Assembly (NCBI GenBank): GCA_041651235.1
Contig: JBAZJQ010000002.1
Location: 71,615 to 135,614, forward strand
DNA from: Candidatus Pacearchaeota archaeon
GTDB taxonomy: Archaea; Nanobdellota; Nanobdellia; Pacearchaeales; GW2011-AR1
Reading direction: 5' to 3'
DNA length: 64,000 nt
The translations under genes were made by a program, and so were the position numbers. Below are positions 46,657 to 56,012 of this stretch, one piece after another (within the stretch, counting starts at the first letter, position 1; each line of letters opens with the position of its first letter). The notes under the pieces were generated by a model that did not search any database, was not told the origin of the DNA, and saw only the letters and a list, made by a program, of their open reading frames with translations.

Positions 46657-49431
46657 ATGGGATACAACTTTAAACAAATAGAAGAAAATGCAAGAAAAAT
46701 TTGGGATAAAAATAAAAAAGGAATTCAGAAGGCTATACAGGATAATCCTAAAAAAAAATTATTTTCTTTTTTAGAAGGACCTCCAACTGCAAATGCTCCT
46801 CCGGGTTTGCATCATTTAGAAGTTAGGACTTTTAAAGATATAATCAACAAATTCAAATTTATGAGAGGTTTTGCTGTTCCAAGGAAAGGCGGTTGGGATA
46901 CTCATGGTTTGCCTGTTGAAGTTCAGGTTGAAAAACAATTAGGATTAACTTCAAAAAAAGAGGTTATAACTTATGGGGTTGACAAATTCATTAAAAAATG
47001 CAGAGAAAATGTATTTTCAAATATTTCTGATTGGGAAAAATCAACAGAAGAATTAGGATATTGGATTGATTTAGAGCATGCTTACAAGCCCTTAGATAAT
47101 GATTATATTGAGAGTTTATGGTGGAGTTTAAAAGAACTGCACAAAAAAGGGTTTTTATATGAAGGATTTAAGGTTGTTCCTTATTGTCCAAGATGCGGAA
47201 CTCCTTTATCAAGTCATGAAGTTGCACAAGGATATAAAGATGTTGAAGAGGAATCTGTTTATATTGCATTTAAACTAAAAGAAGGAGGGTATATTCTGGT
47301 TTGGACAACTACCCCCTGGACTTTACCAGGAAATGTTGCTTTAGCTGTTGGGAAAAATATAGATTATGTTAAAGTTAAGCTTCCTGATGGAGATACATTA
47401 ATTTTAGGGAAAGATAAATTATCTTTAATTAAAGGAGATTACAAGATTATTGAAAATCTAAAAGGCAAAGATTTAGTTGGAAGAAAATATGAACAATTAT
47501 TTGATATAAAGGAACTTAAAAATGAAAATTCTCATAAGATAATTTCTGCTGACTTTGTTACAACAGAAGAAGGAACCGGGATAGTTCATATTGCTGGAAT
47601 GTATGGAGAAGATGATTATCAAGTATGCAAAGAAAATAATTTTCCCTTGGTTCATACTGTTGATGAACAAGGAAAGTTTAATGAATTAGTGCCTCAATGG
47701 AAAGGGAAATTTGTTAAAAGTGTTGAAAAAGAGATTATTGAAGATTTAAAGAAAAGACATTTATTGTTCAAGGTTGAAAAAACAACTCATACTTATCCTT
47801 TTTGTTGGAGATGTGACTCTCCTTTATTGTATTATGCAATTAATTCCTGGTTTATTGCAACTACAAAAGTAAAAGACAAGATGATTAAGAATAATAAAAA
47901 AATAAATTGGTATCCAGAACATATTAAAGATGGAAGATTTGGGAAATGGCTTGAGAGTCTTAAAGATTGGAATTTATCCAGGTTTAAATTTTGGGGGACT
48001 CCTTTACCTGTTTGGAGATGTGAATGCGGAGAAGAAAAAATAATCGGAAGTGTAGAGGAATTAAAGAAAAATTCAATTAAAAAATTCAAAGAATATGATT
48101 TGCATAAACCCTGGATCGATGAAATTAAATTTAAATGCAAGTGTGGAAAGCAAATGACTAGAGTTTCTGATTTAATTGATGTATGGTATGATTCTGGTGC
48201 AGCTAGTTTTGCACAATTCCACTATCCTTTTGAAAACAAGAAAGAATTTGAAAAAAGATTTCCTTATGATTTTATTGCAGAGGCAATTGACCAGACAAGA
48301 GGATGGTTTTATACCCTTCATGCACTTGCGGTAATGCTTTTTGATGATGTTGCTTTTAAAAATTGTATTTGCGCAGGACATGTTGTTGATGAAGATGGAG
48401 AGAAAATGTCTAAATCCAAAGGCAATATAATAAAACCAAGAGAGATAATTGATAAAGTTGGTATTGATGCAGTAAGGTTACAGTTCTGCATAGTTGATGT
48501 TGGAAATTCAAAAAGATTTTCAGAAAATATGGTTAGAGAAGCTGTTTTGCCTTTTTTGAATGTATTAAGTAATTGTCAAACTTTTTATAAACAGGCAGAG
48601 AAAAACAAAAACAAAATGCAAATTGAGGACAAGTGGATATTATCCAAATTAAATTCTCTAATTAAAAAAACAACTGGAGATTTGGATAATTACTCCATTG
48701 ATAAAGCTGTTTTGGGGATTATGAATTTTGTTGTAAATGATTTTTCAAGGGGATATATTAAAATGACAAGAGACAGGGAAGATACCAGAGAGATAATTGC
48801 AGAAGTTTTAGAAAAAACCTCTTTAATATTAGCTCCTTTTGCGCCTTATATTTCTGAAGAGGTTTATTCTGAGTTTTCAAAGAATTCAGTTCACCTTAGC
48901 TCATGGCCAAAATATGAAGAAAAGAAAATTGATAATAAACTAGAAAAAGATTTTGAAAATTTACTAAAAATAATAGAAATAGGATTAAAAGAGAGAGATG
49001 TAGCGCAGATAGGATTAAAATGGCCTTTAGCAAAAATAGTTGTTTATTGTGATTTCAAAATAAATAATGAATTGCAAGAGATTATACTAAATCAACTTAA
49101 TGTAAAAAAAATTGAAATTAAAAAAGGAGAATTAAAAGTTGAACTGGATACTAAATTAACACCTGAATTAGAAGCAGAGGGGTATGCTAGAGAGATCTCA
49201 AGAAAAATTCAGGCGTCCAGAAAAGAAGCAGGATTTGTAAAAACAGATAAAATAGAGCTTGCATTGATTTTAGATAAAGAACTCGAAAAATTAATTAAGA
49301 ATCAATTGGGATTAATAAAAGAAAGAACAAATGCAAAGGAAATAAGTCTGGAAGATAAAGGAAGCTATAAGAATAGATACGACGATAAAATAAAAAGTAA
49401 AGAGATTAGGATAATGTTTAATAAAGCTTAA
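46657..49431 (+). CDS. ileS: isoleucyl-tRNA synthetase
   Basis: GPPTANAPPGLHH (HIGH region), GWDTHGLPVE, KMSKSKGN. 924 aa class I editing-type synthetase. Confidence 0.85.
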   Translation: MGYNFKQIEENARKIWDKNKKGIQKAIQDNPKKKLFSFLEGPPTANAPPGLHHLEVRTFKDIINKFKFMRGFAVPRKGGWDTHGLPVEVQVEKQLGLTSKKEVITYGVDKFIKKCRENVFSNISDWEKSTEELGYWIDLEHAYKPLDNDYIESLWWSLKELHKKGFLYEGFKVVPYCPRCGTPLSSHEVAQGYKDVEEESVYIAFKLKEGGYILVWTTTPWTLPGNVALAVGKNIDYVKVKLPDGDTLILGKDKLSLIKGDYKIIENLKGKDLVGRKYEQLFDIKELKNENSHKIISADFVTTEEGTGIVHIAGMYGEDDYQVCKENNFPLVHTVDEQGKFNELVPQWKGKFVKSVEKEIIEDLKKRHLLFKVEKTTHTYPFCWRCDSPLLYYAINSWFIATTKVKDKMIKNNKKINWYPEHIKDGRFGKWLESLKDWNLSRFKFWGTPLPVWRCECGEEKIIGSVEELKKNSIKKFKEYDLHKPWIDEIKFKCKCGKQMTRVSDLIDVWYDSGAASFAQFHYPFENKKEFEKRFPYDFIAEAIDQTRGWFYTLHALAVMLFDDVAFKNCICAGHVVDEDGEKMSKSKGNIIKPREIIDKVGIDAVRLQFCIVDVGNSKRFSENMVREAVLPFLNVLSNCQTFYKQAEKNKNKMQIEDKWILSKLNSLIKKTTGDLDNYSIDKAVLGIMNFVVNDFSRGYIKMTRDREDTREIIAEVLEKTSLILAPFAPYISEEVYSEFSKNSVHLSSWPKYEEKKIDNKLEKDFENLLKIIEIGLKERDVAQIGLKWPLAKIVVYCDFKINNELQEIILNQLNVKKIEIKKGELKVELDTKLTPELEAEGYAREISRKIQASRKEAGFVKTDKIELALILDKELEKLIKNQLGLIKERTNAKEISLEDKGSYKNRYDDKIKSKEIRIMFNKA

Positions 49432-49544
49432 TTTCCCCTCGATGACTACTTCTCAATGACTTGGATATAATAACCATTGTTAAATAACAAAAACATTTAA
49501 ATACTACTTGAGATTTAAATAAGTAATAAATCACAATAAAAAAG

Positions 49545-50348
49545 ATGATTGTTAAAGAGGAATTTTTAAGCAGACTGAGAAAAATATTCGATCTTAATTT
49601 ATATGAAGTGAGAGTATGGACTGCATTGTTATCCAGAGGGATTAGTACTGCTGGAGAATTAAGTAATATTTCTGATGTTCCAAGATCAAGGACATATGAT
49701 ATTTTAGAAACTTTGGAGAAAAAAGGATTTATTGTTATGAAATTAGGAAAACCAATTAAATTTGTTGCTTTAAAACCAGAAGAGGTTATAGAAAGAGTTA
49801 AAAAGAATTTAGTTTCAGAAGCAAGTGAGAAATCAAAGAGACTTGATAGATTAAAAAGCGAAGATATCCTAGATGAATTAAGTTTATTATTTACACAAGG
49901 AGTTAAATTTGTAGAACCAAGTGATTTATCTGGTAGTTTGAAAGGAAGACAGAACATGTATAATCATTTGGATATGATGATTAGAGAAGCTGAATCTACA
50001 ATAACAATTTTAACAACAGCAAGCGGATTAAATAGAAAATTAGAATCTTTAATGCCCGGATTAGAAAAAGCTAAGAAAAGAGGAGTTAAAATAAGAATAG
50101 CCGCCCCTATTAATGATACTAACAAAAATGTTGCAAAAGATTTGTCAAGAGTTGCTGAAGTGAGAAATGCAGATGGGATAAGAGCAAGATTTGCAATTAT
50201 TGATTCAAAACAATTATTATTCATGGTTTTAGATGATGAAATTGTTCATCCAAATTATGATGTAGCTGTTTGGTTATCAACAGAATTCTTTGCTAGTGCA
50301 ATGGAGCAATTATTCGAGGCTGCATGGAAGGGTTTTAAGAAGGTTTAG
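49545..50348 (+). CDS. TrmB-family transcriptional regulator
   Basis: LYEVRVWTALLSRGISTAGELSNISDVPRSRTYDILETLEKKGFI. Confidence 0.8.
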   Translation: MIVKEEFLSRLRKIFDLNLYEVRVWTALLSRGISTAGELSNISDVPRSRTYDILETLEKKGFIVMKLGKPIKFVALKPEEVIERVKKNLVSEASEKSKRLDRLKSEDILDELSLLFTQGVKFVEPSDLSGSLKGRQNMYNHLDMMIREAESTITILTTASGLNRKLESLMPGLEKAKKRGVKIRIAAPINDTNKNVAKDLSRVAEVRNADGIRARFAIIDSKQLLFMVLDDEIVHPNYDVAVWLSTEFFASAMEQLFEAAWKGFKKV

Positions 50349-51009
50349 AAAATAAATATTTCTTTAGAATATATCTATAAACCCTTAATAAGTAATCCAT
50401 TAGACGCATTTCTCTTTTTATATTCAATTTTTTTTGAAGGATTATTATATCTTTTAGTTTTTCGATATTCTCTAATTTTACCGGATTTCTAAAATTCTTT
50501 GCGAGATCTGTAAAGTAATTATGATTTTTAATAAAATCAAGCTGTCTTTTATACCAGTCAACATTTTCAGGTAATTCTAGTTCTTGTCTTAGAAGATCTC
50601 CTTTAATAAGAAAATCTGGTCTTCCAAGATTATCTAAGTCTGAATCACAAATTAATTCTTCTAAATAAGATTTAGGATTCTGAGGCATTTTTGTAGCTAA
50701 AATTAATCTCTTTGCAGTATCTGTTTGTTTAAAACTATATCCTAGATTTCTTGTGTAAGCTTCTGCAAAATCTGCACTTTTTTCTTCATTATCTTGTTTA
50801 CCTGGAACTACGATTATATCATGTAATAATGCTGCTACTTCTAATGCTTGTTTATCTTCACAATTAATTTTTCCACTTAAAGCATATTGTCTTGCAATAT
50901 TCCAAACCTCTAATGCATGAGTAGCATTATGATAATGTAATATGGGTGCATAGTTTTGCACCAACTGAATTATCTTCTGTATATTTTCTTCATGTTTTTG
51001 GTTTTCCAT
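50335..51009 (-). CDS. HD-domain phosphohydrolase
   Basis: HNATHALEV ... ALLHDI (H...HD pattern). Confidence 0.65.
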   Translation of the reverse strand: MENQKHEENIQKIIQLVQNYAPILHYHNATHALEVWNIARQYALSGKINCEDKQALEVAALLHDIIVVPGKQDNEEKSADFAEAYTRNLGYSFKQTDTAKRLILATKMPQNPKSYLEELICDSDLDNLGRPDFLIKGDLLRQELELPENVDWYKRQLDFIKNHNYFTDLAKNFRNPVKLENIEKLKDIIILQKKLNIKREMRLMDYLLRVYRYILKKYLFSKPS

Positions 51010-51115
51010 TTTGTTTTCCTTCTAATAAGTATAAGATACGGAAATATAAGAAACATTTTATCTAAAAGTTATGATTTTCCGCAATATTTATAAAGGATCT
51101 TAGGCTAATACTAAA

Positions 51116-52114
51116 ATGAGATATTTACAAGAAAAATCAAAAATAAGTAAAATAAATTTAGATGTCAAAGATAAAAAAATATTAGGAATTTTAGGAAGTG
51201 ATGCAAGGATGCCTTTAACTCAGATTTCAAAGAGAGTTGGGCTTTCAAGAGATGCAGTGAATTATAGAATTAATAATTATGAAACAAAAGGAATTATCCA
51301 AGGATATAGAACTATTGTTAACATGTCTGCATTAGGATATAACAATCATCATTTATTTATCAAGCTTAATAATCCTTCACAAGAAGTTGAGCAACAGATA
51401 ATTAAGAAGTTAAAGAATCATGCATTTATTCGAGTTATTTTAAAATTTAGTGGAAATTTTGATTTTGAAATAGGGTTTGTTGCAAAAGATATAAATGAAT
51501 TAGATAAAAGAATAACTCAGATAACTGAGGATTGTTCTGGAAATTTACAAGATTATGAAATTTTAACTATTCCTAAATCTTATTTTGCAGAGATTTTCCC
51601 TCCTGATTTTTTAAAATCAAATAAACCAGCTAACATTCAAAAAATAAAGTATAAAATGGATAAAAAAGATATTGAGATTCTTAAGTTTTTGAGTGAAAAT
51701 GCGAGAATGGCTTTATTTGAAATTGCAGAAAAATTAAAACTGTCTGTAGATGCTGTTTCATATAGGATTAAAAATATGAAAAACTCAGGGATAATTGTTA
51801 AGTTTGTGCCTGTTATGAATTATGATGCTTTAAAATATAATCTTCATGCAGTTTTGATAAATATAAATTGCCTAGATTCTAAAAAAGAAAATATTTTAGA
51901 AGAATTCTTATTAAATAATAATCATATTCTCTGGGCTGTTAAAACTATTGGTAGATTTAATGTTTTGATTTATTTTCTTGTTCAAAATATAGAGGATTTG
52001 CAAAATAGTATATCTCAATTAAGAAGTTTGTTTCCTAAGCAAATAAATAATTATGAAACTTTAATTGCTTATGAAGAATATAAGTATATTTACTTTCCTA
52101 AAGAATTGTTTTAG
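51116..52114 (+). CDS. Lrp/AsnC-family regulator, tandem two-module type
   Basis: LDVKDKKILGILGSDARMPLTQISKRVGLSRDAVNYRINNY and MDKKDIEILKFLSENARMALFEIAEKLKLSVDAVSYRIKNM. Confidence 0.8.
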   Translation: MRYLQEKSKISKINLDVKDKKILGILGSDARMPLTQISKRVGLSRDAVNYRINNYETKGIIQGYRTIVNMSALGYNNHHLFIKLNNPSQEVEQQIIKKLKNHAFIRVILKFSGNFDFEIGFVAKDINELDKRITQITEDCSGNLQDYEILTIPKSYFAEIFPPDFLKSNKPANIQKIKYKMDKKDIEILKFLSENARMALFEIAEKLKLSVDAVSYRIKNMKNSGIIVKFVPVMNYDALKYNLHAVLININCLDSKKENILEEFLLNNNHILWAVKTIGRFNVLIYFLVQNIEDLQNSISQLRSLFPKQINNYETLIAYEEYKYIYFPKELF

Positions 52115-52674
52115 TAAGGTTTATTTAGTTTGATAAAGTTATAGTTATGAATAAACTCTGAGGTTATAGTTAATTAAGGAACAAATATTCTTGCTAAAGC
52201 AAGAAAACTAGCTCATTTTAAAAGATAGAAATGCCTTTTAAATTACCAAAAAACATTAAAATAGCAACATGAATAAAATACAAAAAGCTAAAAAAGAAAT
52301 TAAAGAAGCTCAAGAGGCTGTTTATGATGCAGCTGAATGTGAAGGAGGATGTTCTAAAAGATACCTTGAAAAAGCTGCTTTTGAATTAGAAAAAGCAGAA
52401 GCTGATGTTGAAGAAATTGGATAATTCTATGAGTTCTAATGTACTTGAAGTCTATAAAGTATTTAAATAGTATTCTAGTTAAAAAATATTAATAATCTAT
52501 TAAGATAAACATAAAATGGTAGAAAAAATAAAAGAATTTCAAGTTTTGATATTCATAGCAGCATGGTTTATTGGTTCAATCTTATTTGCGTATCTTTTAA
52601 AATGGATTTTTATGTAAATTTTAACTACTCTCCTTAAACAACAATGCTTAAAAATACTGTTTCTATCGGGAGTT

Positions 52675-53523
52675 ATGGCAGAAAAAGCAAAACCTGCTGA
52701 AAGAATAAAGCCTGCTAAAATAAGTAGAATTTTAACTCCAGAATCTTATACCTGGGACCTTTTTATGAGCCAAATAAGAAGAGACTTTTGGAGTGTTAAT
52801 GGACAATATCAACCAGATAAAACTCCAAGATATCAAAGAAGACTTGAAAAAATTCAGCAAGAAAATCAATCAGAAAAAAATATTGAAAGAACTTTGTTAA
52901 TAAACCAGGAAAATCCTTATTTAGAAGCAGAAGTGATTAAGGCAGGCAATGTAATTGGAGTCAAAATTAAAACTAATACCAAGACTTTTGGAGAAGGCAC
53001 TAAATGCAAAATTAATGCATTTCAACTGCAATATGAACCCGAAGCAAAAGAGATTATTGGAGAATATAATTTCTTTGCCCCATTTGAAGTTCATATAACT
53101 GAAAGTAGTTTGAATAAAGGTGTACGTAAAAATTCTGCACATGATTATTTATTTAATGAACAAGGATGTGCTGAGCATAGGTATTACATATACGGAACAG
53201 GAGGGGTTATAGCTCATGATGTTGTTGATAAAGGACATCATAAACATCTTAAAATAGATGAATTAAGAAGTGTTTTTGAAAAAGTTAGGGAGGTTTATTG
53301 GGAAAGATTTAAAGGAAATTTAGAATATCATACTTTTGGTTCTGCTCTCCATAAAATATTAATGCTTCCAAGATTATTAAAAACTTCTCCAGAAATTTCA
53401 GAAGATTATATAACAAGATTAGAGCAATTAGCTGGAAAAGATATTTTATTCTTTGCATTTGAAAGAACAAAATTAGGAGAAAAAAGAAAAGCTTTAGAAG
53501 AAAAAGCGGATTATTGTATCTAA
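52675..53523 (+). CDS. hypothetical protein
   Basis: 282 aa ORF with no family recognised. Confidence 0.45.
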   Translation: MAEKAKPAERIKPAKISRILTPESYTWDLFMSQIRRDFWSVNGQYQPDKTPRYQRRLEKIQQENQSEKNIERTLLINQENPYLEAEVIKAGNVIGVKIKTNTKTFGEGTKCKINAFQLQYEPEAKEIIGEYNFFAPFEVHITESSLNKGVRKNSAHDYLFNEQGCAEHRYYIYGTGGVIAHDVVDKGHHKHLKIDELRSVFEKVREVYWERFKGNLEYHTFGSALHKILMLPRLLKTSPEISEDYITRLEQLAGKDILFFAFERTKLGEKRKALEEKADYCI

Positions 53524-54839
53524 ACCATAATCTCACCAATCATATGATGAACTCCGATTTGTTTGATTTGAACATCTATATTTTTTCCTAAATGATGATT
53601 AGTTGTATTTAACAATACAATGCGATAATAGTCATCTCTTGCTTCATAAAATCCTTGTTTGTTTGTGTTGATAAAAACCCTTATTATTTTATCTTTAAAT
53701 TTTTGTTTTTTGTTTAATGCAGATTTTCTATGCAATTCCATTAGTTCTGATGTTCTTTTGTTAATTGTCTTTATTGGAATTTGTTTAGCTTTTCTATTCA
53801 TAATCTGATTGTAAATTTCAGTTCCCTTATGTAAAGAGAATTTACTAAGATTAAGGACATCTGGATTGAATCTTTTTATAAAATTTAGATTATCTTTAAA
53901 ATCAGATGAACTTTCTTCAGGATAACCTAGAATAATATCTGTTGCTATAGTTATATTTGGAAAGTTTTGTTTGAATTTTTTTATTATATTCTCTGCTGTT
54001 TCTATTTTATAGAATCTATTCATTTTGCTTAATATTCTATTTGAAGCCGACTGTATGGGGATATGTAAAAATTTATAGAGTTTAGGTGATTTGTAAATCT
54101 CAATTAACTCTTCTAAGATTGGATAAACATTGTTAGGATTCATCATTCCTATTCTTAGTTTAAATTTATGTTTTAAAGAAAGGATTTTTCTTAATAAATC
54201 TGGAAGTTGAGATTTTTCTTTATTTTTATCTAAACCATAAGATGCACAATCCTGGCTAGTTAACCATATTTCTTTTGCTCCTTGATTTAAATCTGATTCT
54301 ATTTGCTTTAATATTTTATTTTCTGGATAAGAAAATAATGCTCCTTTTGCTAATTTAGTTTTGCAATAAGTGCAGTTTCCCAAGCATCCTTCACTTATCT
54401 GAATTATGCTTATTAATTTGTTTTCCGGTTTTTTTGGAAGAAGAATCTTTTCTTCTTTTTGATAATCTAAATATTCTTTTTGCTTGTTAGATATTTTATT
54501 GTTTTTATAGTCATTTAATAAATTATTTATGTCTTTAAAATGATGAGTTCCTAATAAAATTGCCTTGGGATTTAGTTGCTTTATATGCTTTGCATCTGTT
54601 TCTGGCATGCACCCTGCTATTATCACCAATTTATCTGGATAAATTCTTGCTATATCCTGAATTCTTCTTTTGATTTTATTTTCTGTTTTTGATTTTACAA
54701 TGCAGGTATTTATTATTAAAATATCTGCTAATTCTTCATTATTCACAATAATATTTCCTGATTGAGATAATATTCCCTTAAGTATTTCTGAATTATTGAT
54801 ATTTGCAGAACAACCATAAGTTTCAATGTATATTTTCAT
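53520..54839 (-). CDS. MiaB-like tRNA methylthiotransferase (radical SAM, archaeal/CDKAL1 type)
   Basis: N-terminal UPF0004 pattern KIYIETYGCSANINNSE, radical SAM EGCLGNCTYC and a C-terminal TRAM-like region. Confidence 0.8.
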   Translation of the reverse strand: MKIYIETYGCSANINNSEILKGILSQSGNIIVNNEELADILIINTCIVKSKTENKIKRRIQDIARIYPDKLVIIAGCMPETDAKHIKQLNPKAILLGTHHFKDINNLLNDYKNNKISNKQKEYLDYQKEEKILLPKKPENKLISIIQISEGCLGNCTYCKTKLAKGALFSYPENKILKQIESDLNQGAKEIWLTSQDCASYGLDKNKEKSQLPDLLRKILSLKHKFKLRIGMMNPNNVYPILEELIEIYKSPKLYKFLHIPIQSASNRILSKMNRFYKIETAENIIKKFKQNFPNITIATDIILGYPEESSSDFKDNLNFIKRFNPDVLNLSKFSLHKGTEIYNQIMNRKAKQIPIKTINKRTSELMELHRKSALNKKQKFKDKIIRVFINTNKQGFYEARDDYYRIVLLNTTNHHLGKNIDVQIKQIGVHHMIGEIMV

Positions 54840-55275
54840 TTTGCTCTTCTACTGGACAAATTTTCTCTAATCCTAAATGATAAATTTCTTTTTTAATTTC
54901 CTCAAGATAAACCTTTCTCTCTAACAAGATTTTATTTTTAAATCTTCTTATAATCTGCCTGCATCTCTCTCTGGAAATATTAAAGTTGGTACTTAATTGC
55001 CTCTCAGTTAAATATTCATTTGTTCCGATTCCATACTTATTCATTATTAGTCTAAAATTTCTTGGGGTCTTTGTTTGTTTTTCATTATTGGCAAACAGAT
55101 ATCTCCAAGGGGATTTAGTGTTAATCTCTTCAGGATTGAATACACTAAAAATTATTGAAGCTAGTTGAGAATCTTCTAATCCTGCTTTAGCTAACCTATC
55201 TGTTTCATATCCAATTCCCATTAGTTTAATAAAATCTCCTAATGCTTCTATATTGTAATGTCCAGTATATTCCAT
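54823..55275 (-). CDS. HTH protein with a sigma-70 region-4-like motif
   Basis: LTERQLSTNFNISRERCRQIIRRFKNKIL resembles the region 4.2 pattern (...TRERIRQIE.KAL.KL). Confidence 0.45.
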   Translation of the reverse strand: MEYTGHYNIEALGDFIKLMGIGYETDRLAKAGLEDSQLASIIFSVFNPEEINTKSPWRYLFANNEKQTKTPRNFRLIMNKYGIGTNEYLTERQLSTNFNISRERCRQIIRRFKNKILLERKVYLEEIKKEIYHLGLEKICPVEEQNENIH

Positions 55276-55428
55276 GGAAAAATAATAATAAAATAGGTAT
55301 TTTAAAGTTAATTATATCTTCAAAGGATTATATAGCTCCTATAAACTCGATAATAATGGTCCCTAATGAAAGGTTTTACAATAATTGAATAGAATAAACT
55401 TTTTAAATGATAAAATTCTTATAAACTT

Positions 55429-55863
55429 ATGAGTGATGATCTAGCTATATGGAAGGAAATTTCTAAAAGCACTAAAAATCAGAGAGAGTTAATCCGAATT
55501 AACCCTAATCTAGCAATGAGATATTTTTCTATTTTTGGCTATAGCAAACTTGGAAAGCAATTTGGAGCAAGAATAGTAAAGGCGTATAAAAATGACCCAA
55601 ATTACCATCATGGAGCTTATTTTATATCTGAAGAGCTAAGTATATCTAATCCAACTTATAAGCTGATTAAAAGACAAAAATCTCCTTTTATAATTGAATG
55701 TGAATCCCTTGAAGAGTCTATTTTAAAGACAATAGAACTTAGGAAACAAGGATATTGCCCGATTATTCGAAAGCATTCTAGGCATACTATTAGCTGGAGA
55801 GAATCTTTAGAGAAAATGATTAGGATTAATCCAAGACTAAATCGAAAAGAAATAGTAGCATAA
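55429..55863 (+). CDS. hypothetical protein
   Basis: 144 aa ORF. Confidence 0.4.
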   Translation: MSDDLAIWKEISKSTKNQRELIRINPNLAMRYFSIFGYSKLGKQFGARIVKAYKNDPNYHHGAYFISEELSISNPTYKLIKRQKSPFIIECESLEESILKTIELRKQGYCPIIRKHSRHTISWRESLEKMIRINPRLNRKEIVA

Positions 55864-56012
55864 ACTTTATCTGTTTTTATTTTGTCTTCTTTTTCTTCTT
55901 TGAGCTCTTTTATTCTTTGCTCTAACAGTTCTTGCAACATGTCTATTTGGCATTTTTATCTCCTTGAATATTTAATTTATAATAAAATTGAGAATTTTGT
56001 GTTTAAATAGCT

